A DNA stretch of 64,000 nucleotides from the human T2T-CHM13v2.0 reference genome, Homo sapiens, in assembly GCF_009914755.1 (NCBI RefSeq), contig NC_060928.1; one strand, written 5' to 3'. The translations under genes were made by a program, and so were the position numbers. Positions 56,760 to 64,000 of this stretch are shown piece after piece. Position 1 is the first letter of the stretch; every line of letters starts with the position of its first letter. Below the pieces are notes generated by a model. The model worked only from the letters and a program-made list of their open reading frames with translations. It made no database searches and was not told the DNA's origin.

Positions 56760-57232
56760 TGCACACACACCTATGTTAATAGCAGCAATATTCACAATAG
56801 GCAAGAAGTGGAAGCAACACAAATGTTGATTGACAGAGGAATGGAGCAACAACATGTGATATACACTTACAAGGGAATATTACTCAGCCTTGACATCATA
56901 GAAAATCCTGTCCCATGCTGCAGCATGAGTGTACCTTGAGAACATTATGCTAAGTGAAATAAGCCAGTCACAAGTTGACAAATACTGTACATTTCACTTA
57001 TGTAAACTATCTAAAATAGTCAAATTCATAGAAACAGAAAGTAGAACGCTGGTTACCAGGGGCTAGGGGAGGAGGAAAAGATAAATTGTTGTTTAATAGG
57101 TACAGAGCATCAGATTTACTAGATGAAAAGGTTCTGGAGATCTGTTTCACAACAATATGAATACATTTGACACTACTAAACTATATACTTAAAAATAGTT
57201 AAGATAGTAAATTGTGTTATGTGCTTTTTCAA
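56760..57232 (+). mobile_element. L1MB-type 3' end
   Basis: cattatgctaagtgaaataagccagtcacaa...tagtcaaattcatagaaacagaaagtagaa...gttctggagat. Confidence 0.88.
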
Positions 57233-57589
57233 CAAAGAGATAGTCTACTGTTTTCACATTTTAAAACATTACTATGTCAGAAATCTTGACTATTGAAATC
57301 CACTATATATATAGATGTAGGCTCGAAGAAATATAGTACCAAGTAAGCAGTGCATGGCACACATTTCTGTCACGCAACTTTAACAGAGGGCCTGCAGAAA
57401 AGGCAGTGAAAATAGACCAAATATGATGATTTAATCCTGACCTGGAAAATGATTTAGATGAACTCATAAGGTTCCCTCTTTCTCACTTATCTGATAACAA
57501 AATTGAAATACCCTTAAAAAGGAAATATAAGCTCACCATTGCATATAACAGATCTGTTGTTTGGAAAATCAGATCTCATAATTGTATTT

Positions 57590-57822
57590 GGGGAGGGAAG
57601 AAGGGAGGGAGGGAAAGAAGGAAGAAAAGAAAGGAAAGAGGAAGAGAAGGAAGGAAAGGAGGGAGGAAGACAGGGAAGGAAGGAAGGAAAGAAAGGAGGG
57701 AGGAAGGAAGGAAGGAAGGGATGGAAGGGGGAGGGAGGGAAGGAAGGAAGGAAGGAAAGAAAGAAAATAAAGAGAGGAGGGGTAGAGAATAGAGGGCAGA
57801 AAGAAGGAAAAAAGGTAGGAAA
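57590..57822. repeat. Polypurine (GGAA/GGGA-rich) low-complexity tract
   Basis: ~230 bp of almost pure A/G. Confidence 0.95.
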
Positions 57823-58335
57823 TGAAGCCTGGATGCAAAACCTAATTCTTAAAGAAAGCTTTATGACATTCTCATTATTCCTACAGAACCTGCCATTGGA
57901 AAGACACATATTGCAAATGACGTGGAACTTAGAAAGAAGGAAACAAACTTTCTGAGATCTAAAGTGTAGTTCTAGAGGCCCACGTATTTCATTCTCTGCA
58001 AATGAAAACCAGAGTGTTTTTATTCATTCCGCATTTTTCCCTAGAGATTTATTTGGCTCCAGAGGAGACCTATACTATATGCTTAAAATGATTGGTATTA
58101 ATGTTGACTTTCAGACAGCCAAAACGTTTGAGATGTAACAGGGAAGGACTGGCAAGCTTCACACACGTAGGCATTATTCTATTTGCTATCATATTTGTGT
58201 GAGATATGTTTATTGCAAAATGCAGATTACCAAGTGAAATCTGGGCAAGTGTTTCGAGGCAATCTTGAGCATATGCTTATGGTACCAGTTAAAACATTTT
58301 AGACTGAGAATGAGAAGGGCTTAAGAGAGCTACTC

Positions 58336-58640
58336 TGCTGGGCGCGGTGGCTCACGCCTGGAATCCCAGCATTTTGGGAGGCCGAGACAGGCGGATCACA
58401 AGGTCAGGAGTTCGAGACCATCCTGGCTAACATGGTGAAACCCCATCTCTACTGAAAATACAAAAAAAAAATTAGCTGGGTGTGGTGGAGGGCGCCTGTA
58501 GTCCCAGTTACTCGGGAGGCTGAGGCAGGAGAATGGCGTGAATCTGGGAGGCAGGGCTTGCAGTGAGCCAAGATCTCGCCACTGCAGCACTCCAGCCTGG
58601 GAGACACAGCGAGACTCCGTCTCAAAAAAAAAAAAAAAAA
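58336..58640 (+). mobile_element. AluY
   Basis: accatcctggctaac and ggagaatggcgtgaa diagnostics; intact poly(A); TSD gagagctactc. Confidence 0.95.
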
Positions 58641-59413
58641 GCGAGAGCTACTCCAAGAATAATGACTGTGAATATCAGAAGGACATATTTAGGCATGTTT
58701 CATTCTACCAGTGACCAAGAAGTGATTATCCTTTACATGGTCATTTCACTGAGAAAGACAACAAAGAAAATGGCTGAGAAAAAAGATGGTTGATAATAAA
58801 TAGAATGGAATGTTGGCACCCACAGAAAACAAATCTAGAATTGGAAGACTATGAATGTGCACATTTTTAGATTGAGGTGAGTGAGACTGTGGGGAAAGCA
58901 AATGCCTTTCTTGAGTTTGTGAGTTTGAATATCTCTTTGGCTCTCTGTACTCTATTGTCTTTTAATCTATTAAAGAAAATAGTTTCATTATACTTTCTCC
59001 TTTTAAAACCAAGAATAGTTGTTCTTTTCTTTCCTGATGGAAGAAATCTGTCAAATGATAGTTTGGATGTGTTTGCTGTTTTGATATAAAGACTCGTCAT
59101 GACTAGATGACAAAACAGAGCAGCAATTTCACATTCTCCTATGAAAGACTTAAGCAGTTGTTTTCTGTTGCCAAAAACACCCATACAGACTTAAAAGCAG
59201 ATCATCACTTTCGTAGTTACGGGCTTTAATAATGGAAGGGGTGTGGCTATATCTGAGGAAAATATATTTTTTATCTTATCTTTATGATGCAGGTTAACTC
59301 TTTTAGTGAACTTTGCCTGAATTATTATGCTTTTTACTTGATTGCACTGTATTTGAAGATATAATTTGTATTTCAAATAGCACTCAGCAAATGTATGTTA
59401 AACATTCAGTTCT

Positions 59414-59800
<387 letters not shown>

Positions 59801-60252
59801 CTATTTTTTAATTGCTAGGAAATTACCTGACTGACAGAACACTTTCTAGTGTTTTTTCTTAGAATTACATAAATTACAGAATTGAATTATTTCCGTTCAA
59901 TACAAGCTAATGTAAATCTTGACTCCACTCAGGAAGTTAAGTAGCAGTGTTCTAGGTATTTACGCTTCATCGTGCTATCTGGAGAGTAACTCATACCTGT
60001 CCTGAACAGAAAAAAAATAGTGGTGATACAAATAAGATGTTGTATACCACTTTTAACTTTTCACAGTTTTTTCTTGTGTGACTTTTAATTCTCACAACAG
60101 TGGTGTAAATTAACTTGGGTGTACAGTGAAAATCAAAGTGTTTAAATGCCTGAGCTTGCACACATATGTAGTCACTATGGAATCCAGGATTTTGTATTTA
60201 AATGGGAATATGTACTCAGCTAAGGCTCAGGGAAAAACAAAGGAAAGCTGAT

Positions 60253-60562
60253 ATACACCAGGCGCACATACACACTGACACCCAGGCACACACACACACA
60301 CAGACGCCCAGGCCCGCACACACGCTGACACCCAGGCCTACACACACGCTGACGCCCGGGCGCGCATACACACTGATGCCCAGGCAAACACACACTGACG
60401 CCCAGGCCCACACACACACGGACGCCCAGGCGCACACACGCACTGACGCCCAGGCGTGCACACGCACTGACGCCCAGGCACACATGCACTGACGCCCAGG
60501 CGCACACACGCACTGACGCCCAGGCCCACACAAACCCTGACGCCCAGACACACAAACGCCCA
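60253..60562. repeat. Degenerate CpG-rich minisatellite, ~24-bp unit CACTGACGCCCAGGCGCACACACG, ~12 copies
   Basis: Directly visible; CA spacer length varies. Confidence 0.92.
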
Positions 60563-60669
60563 AGAGATTTCGCATGTAATTTGCAATCTGGCTGTGTCTG
60601 TTCTCAGTTTGGAGTTTGCATATATCCATACTTATGTTTGTAATCCCATGATAGACTTTATCTTTTTCC

Positions 60670-61090
60670 CATTACTCTTCTCAATTCTTTACCCTTCTTG
60701 GATGCGTACCCTTTGCCATTTGACTAGTGACAGAGCAGACTTGCCTGCTTTGGTGCGGCTGGGCATGGCCGTGTGTTTGGCTCGGCACATGGTCAGTGGA
60801 TGGGTGTTAGTCACAGTGTGCCAGCTCTGAGCATCAGCGCTGGGAGGCATTGCAAGCCACAGAGCTGTCCCTATTCTTCTGGTCTTGGGTAGCCTGCTGG
60901 TCCAAGGAGAATGAAAGACAAGTGGAGCGTAACTACATCTAATATGAAGCTTGGAGCCAGCCTGGCTGACTCAGTCCAGGTCAGCTGGCTCCCAGATGAC
61001 CCCAGACACATGGAAAGAGTGCCAAGTGTGGTTTTAAGATGCTAAGTTGTGGGTTGTTTGTTTCCTGGCACTATTGTTACACTAGCTAAT
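60670..61090 (+). mobile_element. Old MaLR LTR (MLT1F/G/H-like)
   Basis: ggcatggccgtgtgtttggc...gcctgctggtccaaggagaatgaaagaca...gttttaagatgctaagttgtgggttgtttg. Confidence 0.65.
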
Positions 61091-61659
61091 ATCCTACGTA
61101 TTATGTACTATCAGCAGCCATGAAATATGTTCTAATTCATACATGATTGTGAATCCTCATGCAAAAAAGCTCTTTTTCTTTTCTATTCTTAGGGTATAGT
61201 AAAGTAGCCTCTTGGATCCAAATAAAGTGAGCTCAATAATATTCATTGTTACATAACAAATAGCCACGCTAAGAATGTGCCATCATAATTTAATCACACT
61301 ATACTGATCATCAGGATTCTTCTTTACAAAACAGAGAAGATAATACCTTTTCATTCCACCCCTTGGAATTCATTTGTTCATTTACTAGCTTATTCAATTA
61401 TTAGCTGTTGAGAACCTCTTATTTTCCTAGGATATACCATGGAATAAGATAAAGCCCTTAATGACACAGGCTTCTAATCTATTCGGTGACATAGCAAAAG
61501 GAATGGCTACTTTTCAATACAATGAACACGATAATGAAGCTAAGTTCTTGGTAGTGTAGGCAGACAGTGGAGAATATTTTAGGCAGGGAAAGCAATATTT
61601 GAGTTAAGCCTTAGAGGACTGGAGGAGGGGAGGACATACAAACTTATATTCTCATAAGC

Positions 61660-63270
61660 TTAATAAGTACAATTAGAAAAAAAATAACTTGACACTAGAC
61701 AATCTGTTTAAACAATTTTAACCAAATAATCAAGGTTAATTTAACTAATAGTGAGACAAATGAACGTCTTCTACCTCCTGATCCGAAGCACTGAGAACAC
61801 AGTATTACTTATGCAGTGCTTTTTGCTAAAAATGCATAACCTGAATCTAATCGTGAGGAAGTAGCTGACAAATCTGAATTGACAGACATTCTACAAAATA
61901 ACTGGCCTGTACCCTTTTAAAATGTCAGTGTCATGGAAGACAAAGGAACACGGTGGAACTGTTCCGCATTAGAGGAGACTTAACAGCACGATATCTTAAT
62001 GAGTTTGCAGCATAGGACGTCATTGGGACAATTGGCAAAATATGAATAAAATCTATAGGGTGTATAATAGTATTATATAAATGTTGATTTTCTAATTTTG
62101 ATATTTGTACTATGGTTAAGAAACAGAATATTCTTGTTTTGAAATAAACACTGAAGTATTTAGGAGTAAAGGGGAAAAATCTGCGTGTATGTATCAGAAA
62201 AACCAACACTTCTTCTTCCCTTGCACAGTCAACACAACAGAACGTTCTGTGACCAAAGTGTGGTGGATTTCTCCAAGCCAACAACTCATTGTCCAGCAGA
62301 CACCAACTGGGTGTCCTGCAAGTTATCTGGATCCTGACACTCGCCGGAGTCAGTGCAGAACCCACAGGGGAAGAGCCCAGTCTTGTAAGATGCCCTCACT
62401 TCAGCAGCCCATCGCAAGTCCCACGTGGCGACCTTGTGACCTGTGCTTCTGACTGCCCAGCTATCCACAGGGTTTTCTGGACCCTCTCCTCAGGTTTAAT
62501 AGTTTGTGAGAACAGCTCATAGAACTCAGGAAAATATTTAACTTATATTTACCTACTTATTATGAAGGATACAGATGAACAGCCAGACGGAAGAGATGCA
62601 CAGGACAAGACGTGGGAAGGGGCAGAGCTTCCATGTGTCTCCGGGTGCAGCAACCTCCAGGCACCTCCGCGTGTTCAGCAATCCAGAAGCTGAATCCCAA
62701 CCCCACAGTGCAGGGGTTTTTATTAAGGCTTCATCACATAGGAGTGATGGGTCATCAACGCCATCTCCAGCCCCTCTCCCCACTTCCTGGAGGATGGGTG
62801 ATGGGGCTTAAAGTTCTAAACTTCTAATTCTGGCTTGTTCTTTCTAGGGGCCAGTGCACCTCACCCCCAGAAACCCCCCAAGATTTGTTGCATTCAAATA
62901 AAAGTGCTCCTGTTACTCAGGAAATTGCAAGGGATGAGAAACTCTGCATCAGAAACCTGGGTCAAAGAACAATGATTAGAAAACAAAATGCACCTACCAC
63001 CCCCATGGCTCAAAAAAATCAAAGGGTTTTAGGATCTCTGTGCCAGAAAACAGAGGACAGAGACCAAATATTTATTTTGTATTGTACCACAACATCACTG
63101 TGTGTGTGTGTGCAGATGGATAAAGAGGAAGAAGTGTGGATAGAGCAAATGTGGCAAAATGCAAATATTTGAGGAATCTGGGTAAATGATATGTGTGGGA
63201 ATTTCTTGTATAATTCTTGCAACTTTTATGTGATTCTGAAATTATGTCAAAATAAAAATTAAAGTAAAAC
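61660..63270 (+). mobile_element. L1MC/ME-type 3' end, split by MER21 into 61660-62189 and ~63092-63270
   Basis: gacattctacaaaataactggcctgtac; agcaaatgtggcaaaatg...ttcttgcaactttt. Confidence 0.75.
62190..63091 (-). mobile_element. MER21-like LTR
   Basis: cagacaccaactgggtgtcct...gatacagatgaacagccagacggaagagatgcacagg...ctgtgccagaaaacagaggacagagaccaaatat. Confidence 0.85.
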
Positions 63271-63439
63271 AAGACAAAAGGATGGGGAAAAGGGTTGATC
63301 CTAGGGTAAAATGATGACAGAATTAAAGGTACCAGAAATAGTATGTATCAAGTCGTGGGTACATGCCCAAACTTGACATGGAAAAATAAAGACTAACGGC
63401 TCTCTCTTTTCTGCATTTAGATGCAGCATTTTACTGTAC

Positions 63440-63645
63440 TAACTTTTCTACATGAAAATAAAACTCACAAAATCAGAATGGGCTCTGAAGGTTGTACCAA
63501 TGTCAATTTCCTGGTTTTGATATTGTGCCATAATTACATAAGCTGTTACCATTGGGGGATACTGGGTGAAGGGTACACAGGACCTCCTAGACATTTCTTT
63601 GCAACTTCCTGTGAATCTATAATTACTTGAAAATGAAGGTTTGGG
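63440..63645 (+). mobile_element. L1M 3' UTR fragment
   Basis: gtaccaatgtcaatttcctggttttgatattgt...gggtgaagggtacacaggacctc...tttgcaacttcctgtgaatct. Confidence 0.75.
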
Positions 63646-63852
63646 TTTTTTAAAAATACTTTTCTAACTCCCCCATACAAAGGAAAATTTATTTTGTTAA
63701 CCTCATATTGATGTGAATAACTTCGTGTACTGAGACTTTTACCTCTAAACAGGACTAAGATTTTTCACATTTATGTTAGTAAAAAAAATTAGTAAATTTT
63801 AAATTTAGTATAAAATTTCCAAGACCCATTTATTTAATATTCCATTTTAGGA

Positions 63853-64000
63853 TGGCAGAGATTCTCTCCTTGACTGAAATCCAGCCAGCCTCCTCTGAGC
63901 TCTCTTCTCCACTAGGGCCCGACCTTGGCCTATCAAGACTTGAACAAACACTAGCACAGTTTCCCACAGCTGAAGGCCGCAACCCTCAGGTGACCCCAGT
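63853..64000 (+). mobile_element. MER31-like ERV1 LTR, running off the window end
   Basis: tggcagagattctctccttgac...ctcctctgagctctcttctccactagg...gaccttgg. Confidence 0.7.

Noticed and set aside
57514-57955. Lys/Glu/Gly-rich and Phe/Pro/Ser-rich ORFs
   Set aside because: Translations of a polypurine low-complexity tract
60202-60629. His/Thr- and Cys/Val-rich ORFs
   Set aside because: Translations of the CA-rich minisatellite

Overview
This is primate (most likely human) non-coding genomic DNA, either intergenic or intronic. It carries AluJ/S/Y, L1P/L1M, L2, MIR, MaLR (MLT1, THE1), ERVL, MER21/MER31-type LTRs and two full-length Tigger1 DNA transposons. I find no credible protein-coding gene, RNA gene, CRISPR array or novel multi-gene system. 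Every long ORF in the track is explained by a tandem repeat or a decayed transposable element. Four local features stand out. (1) A 20-copy 34-bp minisatellite born inside an MLT1C LTR, in which 17 units match the PRDM9 hotspot motif. (2) A two-part locally templated insertion inside an MLT1A LTR, with a 94-bp perfectly identical tract suggesting gene conversion. (3) An ancient pogo/Tc2-type transposase relic, apparently split by an ERVL provirus. (4) An 8-copy AATAAA-containing repeat next to two short hairpins. Repeat subfamily names come from recall of consensus sequences, not a database search, and boundaries of old elements are approximate.
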